Below, one piece after another: positions 49,552-62,000 of a stretch of DNA of 64,000 nucleotides. Every line of letters starts with the position of its first letter. Positions within the stretch are counted from its first letter, which is position 1. Origin of the DNA: Octopus sinensis (Eukaryota); contig NC_043008.1 in the NCBI RefSeq assembly GCF_006345805.1, forward strand, positions 31,992,001 to 32,056,000. The letters are read 5' to 3'. A model generated the notes under the pieces. The model had not been told where the DNA came from. It was given only the letters and a program-made list of their open reading frames with translations, and did no database searches. The translations under genes were made by a program, and so were the position numbers.

Positions 49552-50607
49552 TGCAGTCGTGGATCAAAAAGAGGCCGAGGAAGGGCAGATGGCACCGCGA
49601 GTGTCACGTTGCTCTCAAGCAACTATGCCGTCCCGGGTCGACCTTGAGTGACTTCAACTCAACCAAAGCATTCTATAGGGGATTAGTGGAGGGGAGGTAT
49701 GACGACGAGCTCGAGGCAAACCTGGACATTGATGAGGAATACCTGACCCGCCTGTTCAGGACGACTTTCGGGCCAGGGCCCATAGACAACTTCCAGAGAT
49801 CCCTGGCCAGGCAGTGCTACCAAGAAGTACTACCCGTTCAGGATAAGCTCTACAGACATGGCTCGAGAAACATGGGGCCGACCTGCCTGAGATGCGGTCA
49901 GAGCGACGAAACCGTTCTGCATGTACTCATGCAGTGTCCAACAATTTCCGACCTGTGGGCTTATGTCGAACAACTACTGTCACGTGTGGGACAAGTTGAT
50001 TTATCAGCCGAGTCTGTTGTCAATATTGTCACGCTTCCTTCCTTCAAATGGGAAGGAAGAGCTATTTTCATCATTCTTGTGGCTATGGCGAAAGAATGTA
50101 TCTGGTGGACGCGTCTGAAAGGATTGGAGACAAACACTTTCCTCTTTGGTCAATCTCTCAAGTTCTTCAAGTACCACTTGAAAAGGAAAGTGAGAGTAGA
50201 AAGGCAGGTTTTGTCAAGCAAATGTTTCGAAAAAGGATAGGTGAATGTAGCAAGGATGGCATGTATGAATGAAGAAGCCACCTTGAGCATAATCCTATGA
50301 ACCTGGAAAAATTTAAAAAGAGGGTTACCTACTTGCAAACAAATGTGTTAACATGTGACATTATTGATCGAGGTTACTGTGATCTTTTCCATAGGCTTTT
50401 CTTTCCACGGATAAACCCTGTCTGTTTCTTCCTTTACACTTTACTTCATGACATTTCTGTGATACACGATCCCTATTGATTGTTTTTTTCTTTTCTTTCC
50501 CTTTTGATCGAAAACCTACACCACTTTTTTTTTTCTCCCCATAAAGAAAAGCTCTACTTTGTAATCTGTCCCGTCTGTGTACAGCCCTGTGTGGCTAATA
50601 AAGAAAC
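49552..50607 (+). mobile_element. 5'-truncated L1/Tx1-clade LINE: ORF2 C-terminal zf-RVT region plus 3' UTR
   Basis: ORF to 50240 with LPVQDKLYRHG..CLRCGQSDETVLHVLMQC..LWAYVEQLL. AATAAA near the 3' end. 16-bp TSD ATATTTAT(A/G)CACACTC at 49536-49551 and 50608-50623. CpG-rich, which suggests a young insertion. Confidence 0.85.
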
Positions 50608-50629
50608 ATATTTATGCACACTCACACAT

Positions 50630-50970
50630 AAAGGAAAAGCTTCAGAAAAAGATATACTAACCACTAGTCTTTTTTCAAGCATGTAGATGAAAAAAGAGTA
50701 CAAAGCTAGCATGACATATCTTGAATCTCGGGGATAGCAATATACTATGACTTCAAATGGAGCATCATAGAGAGTTCTAGGTCGTACATCAAATTGATTA
50801 AAAGAGTGTAGGTTCTCTCTAAGTAAAAGAACATACATCCTTATAAGTTTGAAGTACTGAACTGACCTTCTAAACTCAAGATCAGAGATTTTTACAAGAT
50901 GTATGCATCTTGAAGAGTGTCTATTATTCAACTTGATGAGCACCTCCATCACGTCAGATTAGTCTCATAT
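50630..50970 (+). pseudogene. Penelope-like GIY-YIG endonuclease C-terminus with a decayed hammerhead motif
   Basis: Frames KSFRKRYTNH*SFFKHVD and YYDFKWSIIESSRSYIKLIKRV*..HPYKFEVLN*PSKL resemble PLE FKxRYxNHxxSF and WSIxxxAxSY..KRCxLC. TTGATGAGC..G at 50933-50965. Confidence 0.7.
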
Positions 50971-51169
50971 TTTAACATCTCAATGCACTCCCATTCAACT
51001 GCTCACCACTAGATATAGTATTTTTTTATGTTAACACTAAACATAACAATATTCTTTTATCCCTCTTCCCCTTAAAATGTTTCTTAACATTTCCTTCTTG
51101 ATTTTACTTGTTTTTTCCTTGCATCTCCTTACAGTCATTTGAGACTGAATAATTGCTAGATTCTGCTCA

Positions 51170-51590
51170 GCATACTATAAGCTCATCTGACTACTATACT
51201 GTCATGAAACTTGAAGTAGCTCTGGAGTAATATTACTTGGTAGAGTGTGAAGCATGAAGATTGGGGAGTATCTCCAAACTGAGCTGCTATTACTCCACAT
51301 TGAGAAGTCACAGCTCTAGTATTAGAGTGTGGCAGGAAAGAATCACAAGATGGGATTCTTTAAGCTGAACCATCTAACAGGAAACCTAGGGACAGACCAA
51401 GAACAAGATGGTTGGATAATATCCGGTCTCAGTTGGTCATGCTTGGGAATCCAGCCAAAATGTCTAATGACTTCTCATGGGCCCCTAGAGAGGAGGTGCT
51501 TGAGGATTCTACCTGCAAGACCCGCCAAAGAATAGTGAGTATAGAAGATTGATATATATATAGGTATGTATGTATGTATGTATGTCACCA
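51170..51590 (+). pseudogene. RTE (Expander-like) LINE 3' end
   Basis: EYLQTELLLLHIEKSQL and RKPRDRPRTRWLDNI..WSCLGIQP, followed by a (TATG)n tail. Confidence 0.7.
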
Positions 51591-51743
51591 TGTGTATCTC
51601 CATTTTAGAATGCATACACTATGTCCCTGCATATTTCACGAAATGACTAAAAGTGTTGGCAACAGAACGATTGTCTGGCCATAGAAATTCACCTCAGAAA
51701 ATCCATCCTACACGATCTAGCATGGAAGGGCAGGTGTAAAATG

Positions 51744-51775
<32 letters not shown>

Positions 51776-52385
51776 GTATATCTGTGACCCAAACTGTGGA
51801 TTTGGATATTTAATTACAGTTATTCTCCATAGACTTTAAGGTAGGCAGATGCCGTCTGTCTGTTTGTCTATCATCTGTTTACTGACCATATCTATCTGTT
51901 TTATATATTGTCTGCTGTAGGTATAGGACAACAATTTCTAATATACCCTTTTCTAATTTAAGATAGCCAGGAGTGATTTGAGAGAAATTTGGCTGTTACA
52001 TCTAGCAGGTTACATACCCAAGCAGAAACTTTTTCTAGTTCACTCAAGGTAACTTTTGGTGTCGTCAGGTAGTCTCATATCAGCCACTGTCAAAACACTA
52101 TGAGGATGTACATACTGCTTGTGACAGTCCCATTGTTTGTATATCAAGAACAACTTATATTGTTTAGTTAGCCTTCATTTCAGGATTTGGGTGTGATTTG
52201 TAAGAGTTCTGGCTGACGTTTTCAGCAGGCTGTAACAGCTGAATTGCTGTGTGTGTTTACCTAACTTGAAAAATGTAATAGCTGCAGTACATCTGTTGCA
52301 TTATTTGTATAAATATATAGATTTTAGACAAATCTAAATCCTGTAAATGAAAGGTGTATAAACAAAACAAACCTATTCTGAATTA

Positions 52386-52550
52386 CCATATTTACATGTG
52401 TATGTCACTCTATTTTATGCTTGATTTTAATTGATAAAACTGGGGCATGATTTATACACAAGGCAAAACTAAAACTATCAAGGGAAAACATTTTCTACCA
52501 AGATTTAACACTAAATTAGAGGGTGTGACTTATATATTAGTATATAATGG
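52386..52550. mobile_element. Tc1/mariner-superfamily (Tc2/pogo-like) MITE, with a partial tandem duplicate at about 52595-52722
   Basis: TA|CCATATTTACATGTGTATGTCAC ... GTGACTTATATATTAGTATATAATGG|TA. The internal 110-130 bp is repeated immediately downstream. Confidence 0.5.
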
Positions 52551-52759
52551 TATTTTTTTCTTAATGTTGGATGAGTTTTTCTCTCTACTCATTATGAGAT
52601 AAAGCTAAAACTATGAAGGGAAAAAAATTTTCTACCAAAATTTAACACTAAATTAGAGGGTGTGACTTATATATCGGTATTTTTTTCCTAATGTTGGATG
52701 GGTTTTTCTCTCTACTCATTATTTAACATGTTTCAGCAAAATTATTTTTATTTTTACAG

Positions 52760-52826
52760 TGGCAAATAAGTTTCTTCACATATATGAACCCATTAATAGA
52801 TAGCCAAAATATCTCTGTTGAGAGGG
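52760..52826 (+). other. Candidate 67-nt exon
   Basis: attatttttatttttacag|TGGC...GAGAGGG|gtatgt. Only the phase-0 frame is open (WQISFFTYMNPLIDSQNISVER). Confidence 0.35.
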
Positions 52827-54420
52827 GTATGTTAAACTGAAGATTTAAAGGTCTGTGCTTCAGTCTTGGTTATTTGGTATGTTGATGAGTTTCTAGTATG
52901 CTTTTGAAGTTATTACTGATTGAAATCTCTACTGTTTGATTAACTTAGGGAGGATGATAGAATGGACGATTTTTTTTTCTAGTCACATAGATACATATCC
53001 TTTCTACTATAGATGCAAGGCTGGAAATTTTGTGAGAGGGGATTAGTTGATTACATCAACCCCAGTACTCGACTGGTACTAATTTATCGACCCTGAGAGG
53101 ATGAAAGGTAAAGTCAACCTCAGTGGAATTTGAACTCAGAACTTAAAAATGGATGCTAAACATTTTGCCTGGCATGTTAGCAATTCTGCCAGCTTGACAC
53201 CTTAATCACATAGGTATATATCAATGCATAATCATCATTATATGATTAGAACTGTTGCATCATTGAAGACTGAGGTATTTGAATTTGCTTGTGCCAAATT
53301 CCTGGTAATAGCATCTGTTAATTCCTCTGCAAAACATTTTTTAGCTTGAGTTTGTCAACACAATGTAAAATTTATATGTATGTGTGTGTTTGCTTTAGAT
53401 AAGTGTATGGTGATGAAATTGCAAATGAAAAATGTCAACCATTAGGCGCAGGAGTGGCTGTCTGGTAAATAGCTTGCTTACCAACCACATGGTTCCAGGT
53501 TCAGTCCCACAGTGTGGCACCTTGGGCGAGTGTCTTCTGTAGCCTTGGGCTGACCAAACCCTTGAGAATTGATTTGGTAGACGGAAACTGAAAGAAGCTC
53601 GTCATAGATTATTTTTTATATATATATATATAAAAAATAATCTGTTTTATCTTCAAACCAGCCAGATCTGGCCTCTCATACTTACCCTATAGTATTATTC
53701 TAAAAATTAACAATCACATTATAAAAATATTAAAGTTACAAGGTGATGCATGACTAATTCAAATCAATGTGAATAAATATGCTTTACATTTGACCGAGAA
53801 ATCTCAATGCTAAAAGTTCCATCAGCTCTGTTCAAACTGCATTGGCTGCAACTGTACTTTACTTGGATCCATTTTAGACAATTATGTATGTCTCTCACAC
53901 ATGAGATCCTCATTCAATGTTTTATAAATGAAGAATGTTGCTTTCAACATCTAGAGGAAGTCATCCATCTTAACCAACTTAGAAGCTTTTATTCACCACT
54001 GCAATATCTGCAAACAAGGCTGTAGAGTTGGGACAGACAATTTTCAACTCCTCAGTTTATGGTACTGATAATTCTGATTCTTCTGTTTGTATTTAGTCTA
54101 AATCATATATTTCGTATATAGTTATTGAAAGTACACAACAATATAAGCATACTAACCTATTACAATTTGGGTTTCAAGACTAAGTATTCTTTTACTTGTT
54201 TCAGTCATTTTGACTGTGGCCATGCTGGAGCACTGCCTTAAAGGGTATTTTTAGTGGAAGAAATCAACCCCAGGACTTGAAGCCTTGTACTATTTTATCA
54301 GTCTCTTTTGCCAAACTACTTAGTTACAAGGATGTAAACACACCGAAATCTGTTGTCAAGGCAATGGTGGGTGGGTGGAATAAACACACAGACAGACACT
54401 CAAATACATGTGTGTGTGTA

Positions 54421-54490
<70 letters not shown>

Positions 54491-56087
54491 CATACATATA
54501 CACATACACACACACGACAAGCTTCTTTCAGTTTTTGTCTAGAAAATCCACTGACAAGGCTTTGGTCAGCCCAAGACTATAGTAGAAGCCACTTGCCCAA
54601 GGTGCTATGTGGTGGAACTGAACCCGGAACCGTGTGGTTGGAGAGTAAGCTTCTTACCACACAGCCACATTCCTTTTTAATATTAATTATTGAAGAAGAT
54701 ACAAAAAGTTAATCATTTTACACTACATACACACTCAGAACTCTTCTTCCATTCCACCTGTCTCACCACCACATTTATCCAGATACCAAGTGCTAAAACA
54801 TCTCTGCCCACTCCACTCCAACAAAGTGATTGGTCCAGGGAATGTCTCTTTCATTATTCTCAAACAATGCACTTTCAAGCTAGTTACTTGCCTACACGAA
54901 GGCGTGTCCTATTTCCAAGAAATGTAATCTGTCTGACCTTGTCCACTGATCTCCAACCACATTTCTAACATTTTAAAAATGAAAGAAGCATTCATTAACT
55001 ACCACTGCCACCTTTATCACCTTTAGTTTGCAATTTCCTCCTTGGTTCATGTTGTTATTGTTTGACCCCAATTCAAACCTGATCAAGAAGACTTAAGATC
55101 AAGATCATTGATAATTTCTTTTTTATTTATCAGAGTCTACCAATGTGTCCTCTTTTTTAAACAGTAGTATAAAATTTAAGAGAGATTTGGCTGTTTTCTT
55201 GCAGATTGAACAATTATATAGAGGTTCTATTGTTGACTTTAGAAACCCTATTTTTTTTATTGAGATTTCAATTTAAATACCAATTTTATTGTTGTCAGTA
55301 TCAGGTTCTTTTTGTTTTTATGGTTTAGTCTGACACTGAAGAGTGTCACCCAAGACTGTTTTTTGTGCCTCTGAGACTGGTGAGGAGAAAGGAAGAGACC
55401 TGACCTGAATACTTGCAGCAGAGTAGATTTATCTAATAGCACCCTAAGACCAGGTGGTGGTGCTAAGCAGGGTGACAGAATGACCCTTTAGATATGGCCA
55501 TTTAAACTGACCATATCTGGCTCAAATATTCTACCTGTTTTATGTTCAAACTGGCCAGACCTAGCTTCTCATGCCTACCCTACAACATTATTCTAAAAAT
55601 AAGCTCTCACATCATCAAATTCTTCAAGCTACAATGTAATGCATGAATATTTGAAAACTGAATAAATAATCCTTACATTTGATAGAGTAATCTGAATGCA
55701 AAAGGGTTTTAACTCTGTCAATCAAGAACAAGGACTGTTTCCTTGACAAGTTACTCTCAAGTGTTACATTGACCTGAGTTTATGGAAGAAGACATTTGCC
55801 CAATGTGTACGCTTAGTGGGACTGAACACAGAACTATGTAGTTGTAAAATGGATGTGTTGCCTGCAGAGCCATCTTATCTTATCAATGATCTCTAAGACT
55901 ATTCGTACTTCTGTGTTTTTATTTTTAATGCTTTATTTTACAAAATACCTCTCCTCCCCTTCTCAACTGCATTTTAGCTTAGTACACTCTGGCAGATAAA
56001 ACTGGGATATCTACAAGAATTTGTTTTTTATGTAGCAACAGTTTTGTATCTTTTGTCATAATAAATTGGTTTGCTGACATTTTTTAG

Positions 56088-56346
56088 AATTGCCAGACCT
56101 GTTTTTGCTGACAATAGGGAAGAATAAAACAAGTCACCAACAACAGTTTTACAGGAAACAAAAACACACACAGTAATAGCTAATCATGTTTAAAATGGTT
56201 GGGTACTCAAGAACTTTGTACTGTTGCTGGCCTTGACTGTAATTCTTTTCAATGTCTAACACATTCAATAATGATTAAAGCTGTTTAACACAAACTTTAT
56301 TTGTTGTAACCTATAAAAATTTAGTTTTTCTATTTAAATAAATAAA
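56088..56346 (+). other. Candidate terminal exon with poly(A) signals
   Basis: gctgac branch point plus ttttttag acceptor. The phase-1 frame (E)LPDLFLLTIGKNKTSHQQQFYRKQKHTQ* stops at 56174-56176 and is compatible with the 52760 exon. AATAAA at 56337 and 56341. Confidence 0.25.
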
Positions 56347-57432
56347 AAGACTGACCCACATTGTGTAAATTAAATGGAAAATGTGTCTGAGGTGGCCTAG
56401 TACAACAGTGTAAGTAATGCAGGAGGATTTAACTAAAAATACTTATACACTAGAGTGAAGAAAATAAATGTAGTGAGACTAAACATTACAGGCCATGGAT
56501 TTTATTCTATATAAATTTTAATATGAATATATTTACAGTATTTATCCTTATATGACTTGTTAAGATTATCTCTACAGATTTTCTGTAGCACTGATTTTGC
56601 TTTGATGTTTCCAAATCAAACATAACAAAATCAGTGTTGGCTATCATTTCTATAGAAAATCTGTGGAGATAACCTTAGTAAGTGATGTAATAGCATTGCT
56701 AACACAGTAGAACACAGTGTTGACTCATAAAAGCATTTAATATACTTTGTAGCATCCCAGGAAAAAGTAATAAAGAAATAAATATACTTTGTAGATATTA
56801 ATATTATGGTTGCATAACAAAATATGGTGTCCCTACAAGTCATTGTTATTCTTATATAATGCAAGAAACTTAATACAAAACATTGTGAGAAGAAATTTAA
56901 TGCAGAACAGATTTGATGGGTGGCATTAAATTTGAGTGTAAAAAGAAAAGATAAGACTGGAAAATCTATTATTGATTTTTAGATACCAAAGTTTAGAGTT
57001 GTATTATATTCACAATTTCATTGTACTTCAATAAATATGGTTTATGTGGGTACTCCCAGGGTTTGATTGCATTGTGTAGTGTCTTAGGTGAATGTCTTTA
57101 GTTTTAGGTCAACAAATATTTAGTGAGTAAAATTTGATACACAGAACTTATGTGGAAGCCTGTTATGTTGTATGTATGCATGGCTGTGTGGTTAAGAAGC
57201 TTGCTTTGCAACCATGTGGTTTTGGGTTCAGTTTCACTGTGCAGCATCTAGGCAAGTGTCTTCTGTATAGCCCCAAGCTGACTAATGCCTTGTGAGTGAC
57301 TTTGGTAGATGGAAACTTTATAGTAGCCTGTCATATATATATATATAATTTAGATTCAGTTGAATTAGGTAACTAAGTTGAAGCACCAAGTCAGTTCTGT
57401 ATTATCCGCACAGCTTGAAGTAAGGTGAATAA

Positions 57433-58008
57433 AATCAAAATAAGTAACAGGATATCAAGTAGTAATGCAGTACGACTTTCAAGTGGCTTCATATAATTGA
57501 ACAATGCAATCATTATATCAATTTTAATGCAGTGCCATCTTCAACTGCACAAATAAATAAATAGAATTTTAACCAGTTGGACACATTAATATAATTTTTC
57601 TCAAATACTTTAACAGCGCAAGAAGATGGAGGAAGTTCATGTTGTCGCTATTGCAGCTAAGAATAGACTACACTTCCAAGAATCGCATGAAGCCCATTAG
57701 GGTCATAGCGTTGTAAAGGATTGTAATTCATTTATCTCTTTATCAACTACTAAATCTAAGATTAGAAGATTATGTCTGTTTTGAATGAAGGACAAGAGTG
57801 AGTTGAGAGTTCATGGCTAAGTATGGTCATAAATATTGTCATATGTATCCCTTTTCCTCAGGGAGAAAAGAAGACATTAGGAGTAGTCAATTGGATATAA
57901 AGTAACTGTCTATAAAATTGATGTAATGATTGTATTGTTCAATTAAATGGAGCCACTTGAAACGGTCGTACTGCATCACTACTTGATATCCCGTTGCTTA
58001 TTTTGATT
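57433..58008. mobile_element. MITE with about 85-bp TIRs
   Basis: AATCAAAATAAGTAACAGGATATCAAGTAGTAATGCAGTACGAC... versus ...GTCGTACTGCATCACTACTTGATATCCCGTTGCTTATTTTGATT. A solo TIR fragment lies at about 27850-27897. Confidence 0.8.
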
Positions 58009-59603
58009 ATATATATATATGTATGCTTTTATTCTTTTACTTGTTTCAGTCATTTGACTGCTGCCATGTTGGAGCACCGCTTTAAAAGGTTTTATTTGAA
58101 CAAATCAACCCCAAGACTTATTTCTTAAGCGTAGTACTTATTCTATTGTTCTCTTTTGCTGAACCTTTAAGCTACAAGGACATAAACACAACAACACCGG
58201 TTGTCAAGCGTTGATGAAGGGGACAAACACACACACACACACATATATATACACACATATATATATATATAAAAAAATTCTTGTCAACCAGTGATAGTTT
58301 GTTGTCCCTGTAACTTACTGGTTCAGTTAAAGAGACCAATAGGATAAGTGCCAAACTTTAAAAAAATAAGTACTTATTTGATATATTTGACTGAACACAT
58401 CAAGCTGGTGCCCCTGCTTGGTTGCAGTCCAATGACTGAAACAAGTAAAAGGTAAAAGAACAAAACAAAACAACAAAAAATATCTTTTACTGATAAAATT
58501 GGTGTGTGAAGCAAAAATGCCTTATGGTATTTATTCCATATAAGTTGCACAGATATGTTCTTGTCACTGATTGTTACTGCCAGGAATGTCATGAAATGCT
58601 GCACTTCAAATGCATGATATTAAAATGTAAAGCAATAACTAACAATGTTTTTGATTTGTAGAAAGTAATGAGTTAGCATTACATTGTCATCATCATCATT
58701 TAGTGTCCATTTTCCATGCTAGCCTGAGTAACACAGTTTGACTGGTGCTGGTAAACCAGAGAGCTGTATCCGGCTCCAATCTGTTTTGGCTTGGTTTCTG
58801 AGGCTGGATGCCCCTCATAATGCCAACCACTCCATAAAGTGTACTGGGTGCCTTTTGCATATCACCAGCCTATTTTTTATTTTTTTCAGTGGGACTCTAG
58901 TTTTGTCTAATGGCTTATTTATCTTGCTGAATAAGCCATCAGGTGAAATGATCCCATTCAAAATAAATTTGATAACAAATTTTACTTTTATTTTTAGTGA
59001 TGAGTCTGTCAGTAAATGTTCTGTTGTCATTCTTAAATTTTCTTTAAAATAACATTGCCACAGTTAACTTCATGAGAGTTGCAGGCACAGCCACACAATT
59101 ATGAAGTTCATTTGTTACTATGTGGTTCAGGGTTTGTTCCCACTGTGTGGCATTGTGGGTAAATGTTCTTTGGCCTCAAGCTGACCATGCTCTGTGAATA
59201 GAATTTGTAAATGGAAACCATAAGCTTATCATATACATGTGTATAGGTGTGCTGGCACCACATTAAAAGCTCCTGTACTTGTAGCATGTAAATAGCACCC
59301 AGCACACTCTGTAAAGTGGTAGGCATTAGGAAGGGCATCCAGCCATAGAAGCCAAGCCAAATCAGACTGGAACCTGGTGCAGCTCTCCTGCTTACTAGCT
59401 CTGGTCAAACCATCCAACCCATACCAGCATGGAAGAGAGACATTAAATGATGATGATGAGGATAAGCATGACTGTGTGGTTAAGAAGCTTGCTTCGTAAC
59501 CACATGGTTTCTGATTCAGTCCTGTTGCACAGCACCTTGATCTCTGGGTCAAACAATGCACTGTGAGTGCATTTGGTTGGTGGAAATTGTGTAGAAGCCT
59601 GTC

Positions 59604-59641
<38 letters not shown>

Positions 59642-61699
59642 GTGTTTGTGTTTGTCCCTCTCACTGCTTGATTGACAACCATTGTTGCTTTGGTTATGAC
59701 ATTGTATCTTAGTGGTTCAGCGAAAGCTACCTATAGAATAAGTACCAGATTAAAAAAATTGATACTGAGGGCAATATGTTCAACTAAATTCTTTAAGGCA
59801 GTGACTGAAACAAGTAAAAAATAAATGTGTGCCTGTTTGTAATCTTGGAAACAGAGTCACTGCCCAGACACACAGTATCCTTGTTTACAATCTGCCATGC
59901 CTGGCCATTGAGCTGTTCATTGTTTAAAGGACAATGAGAAATATTACCTTACTCGGAAACAAGTTAGTGTTAGTGATAGGAAGAGCACCTGTCTACCTTA
60001 ATGCATTTTGTTCAACCCATGCTGGATATGCAAACATTAAAATGATAATGATATCTATTGATGGGCTCCCACACATTTCCCATCGGTCAAATTTCACTGA
60101 CAAAACATGTTTTAACTCCTCAAGGTTATAACAGATAATGCCTGTGCATGATACTGCCCATTGAGATCAAACCAGGAATTGTGTAATCTAAATGTCTTAA
60201 CCAGATATTGATCTCAGTCTATTTTTCTTTGTATTGTATGTGTCTTTAGCCTGATTGACCATATTCTTTCTGTTGTCTGATTGGAAATGAGATCTGTATT
60301 GACAACCATTAAACTCACTTTCATTTTATTTTATCTACGTGGCATACATTGATTTCAAACTGGAGCACAGTGTTTCATATTGATCAGAGATAGGGTGGTG
60401 GTGGGAGAAAATGCAACATGATTGTGTGATATTTGCACATTTCTGTTATTACAATTTAAATTGCTATATTCAAATTGTTTTTTAAGCAGATCTGTGTTTG
60501 ATGTCCTATTTATGACTATCTCATCTTTATATGTGTATATTTAGCACTACATTTTCCAAAGAAACTTTCCGATGTTCCCAATGCAGGATATGATTTGAGG
60601 AGATCTGGTTGTTGCATCTAGCACATTTGGTAACCACAAAGAAGTTCTCGGGACATCTCGCTGTGCCCATCTCTTATGTATGTCCCATCTCACAACTGAT
60701 GAAACCAATGTGGTTGATGTTTCTATGTTTCTTAAGGAATATGGTGTTATTAATGAAGTGGAATGCTTAGAATCAAGTACTGAAATATGATTGTATAAAC
60801 ATGGCTTCTCTAATGTTTGCCTTTATTCTGTTAATCTCATCCATTATGTAGCACATATAACTGACATGTTGGCATTTATGTGATGATAATACAATTTACA
60901 CAGCAATGCCTATTTTTATCTTTCCATAATCTAAAGAGGCATTTTAAAATTAGATGACAGACAAACTCATATGTTGTTATTTACTCCTGGCTAATCCTGT
61001 TAGAGCAGGCATGTTTAAGCTGAAACTATCTTTTTTTCTTGTCGCTATCTGGTACTGCACTATCTAATGTTCACTTCCCTTATTCAAGATGATAGAATAT
61101 GATTTGTGAGAAATTTGACTGCTATTTCTGCACGTTAAGTTAACTATATTGAGAGGGTTCCTCATTGTCCAATATGTAAGGGTTGTTGTTAAACCTTAGA
61201 TCAACCCTGGTAAAGCACAAACTTGTCTTCAAAGACATTTCACCTGTGACCATCTCATCTATTTAAAGGTCTATAAGCATTATATTGTGTAATGTGTTCT
61301 ACCTTTTTATGCAAGAGTAGCCAGAGATAAACCGATATAGATCTAGTCTTAATAATTATGCACTTTCCTTTTTAAGGTGGCAAGCTGGTAGAATCATTAG
61401 CACACTGGACAAAAATCTTAATGGCATTTCATGTCTTTATATTCTGAGTTCAAATTCCACTGACATTGACTTTACCTTTCTTCCTTTGGAGGAGGGGGTT
61501 GATAAAATAAGTACCAGTTGAATACTGGGGTTGATATAATCGACTCTCCCACTTCCACAAAGTTTTGACTTTATGCCAAAATTTGAAACTGATAATTATA
61601 TTCTTTTATTTTTCTAAGGGATCCATTTAGATTGCTGCATGAATTACCATTGGTGTTTCATTTCAGGGATCAAGACTGTTCCAAGTCCATAACAAGTAA

Positions 61700-62000
61700 G
61701 CTGGGATCTATAATAATTCATCCCAGAGGTTGGCTTCAATTATTGCCATATTTGATGGCCTATAAGACAGATGAAATTACAAGATGCATTTTCAGTTTTG
61801 GTAGGCCCTTTCTTGAACTAACATTTACTAGTAACTTAAAACCTGATCTTGTATCCTGTGTTCTATGAGACACAGGTGGAATATTTAGGATTTTTATTTT
61901 TGTTTTTGGAAAGAGTGTACCTTGTAAGCCATCAAAAATAGACTTGCATTTGTCTGGAGCCCTTGGACTAATTAAGCCAGAAGTTAATCTGGTTTCCATG
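61700..62000 (-). pseudogene. Possible old RTE LINE 3' coding end
   Basis: VSHRTQDTRSGFKLL..SSRKGLPKLKMHLVI loosely resembles RTE GHVxRMxDxR..GxRxxGRPKLR. Confidence 0.3.

Noticed and set aside
50554-50952. 132-aa minus-strand ORF
   Set aside because: Antisense shadow of the + strand Penelope endonuclease relic.
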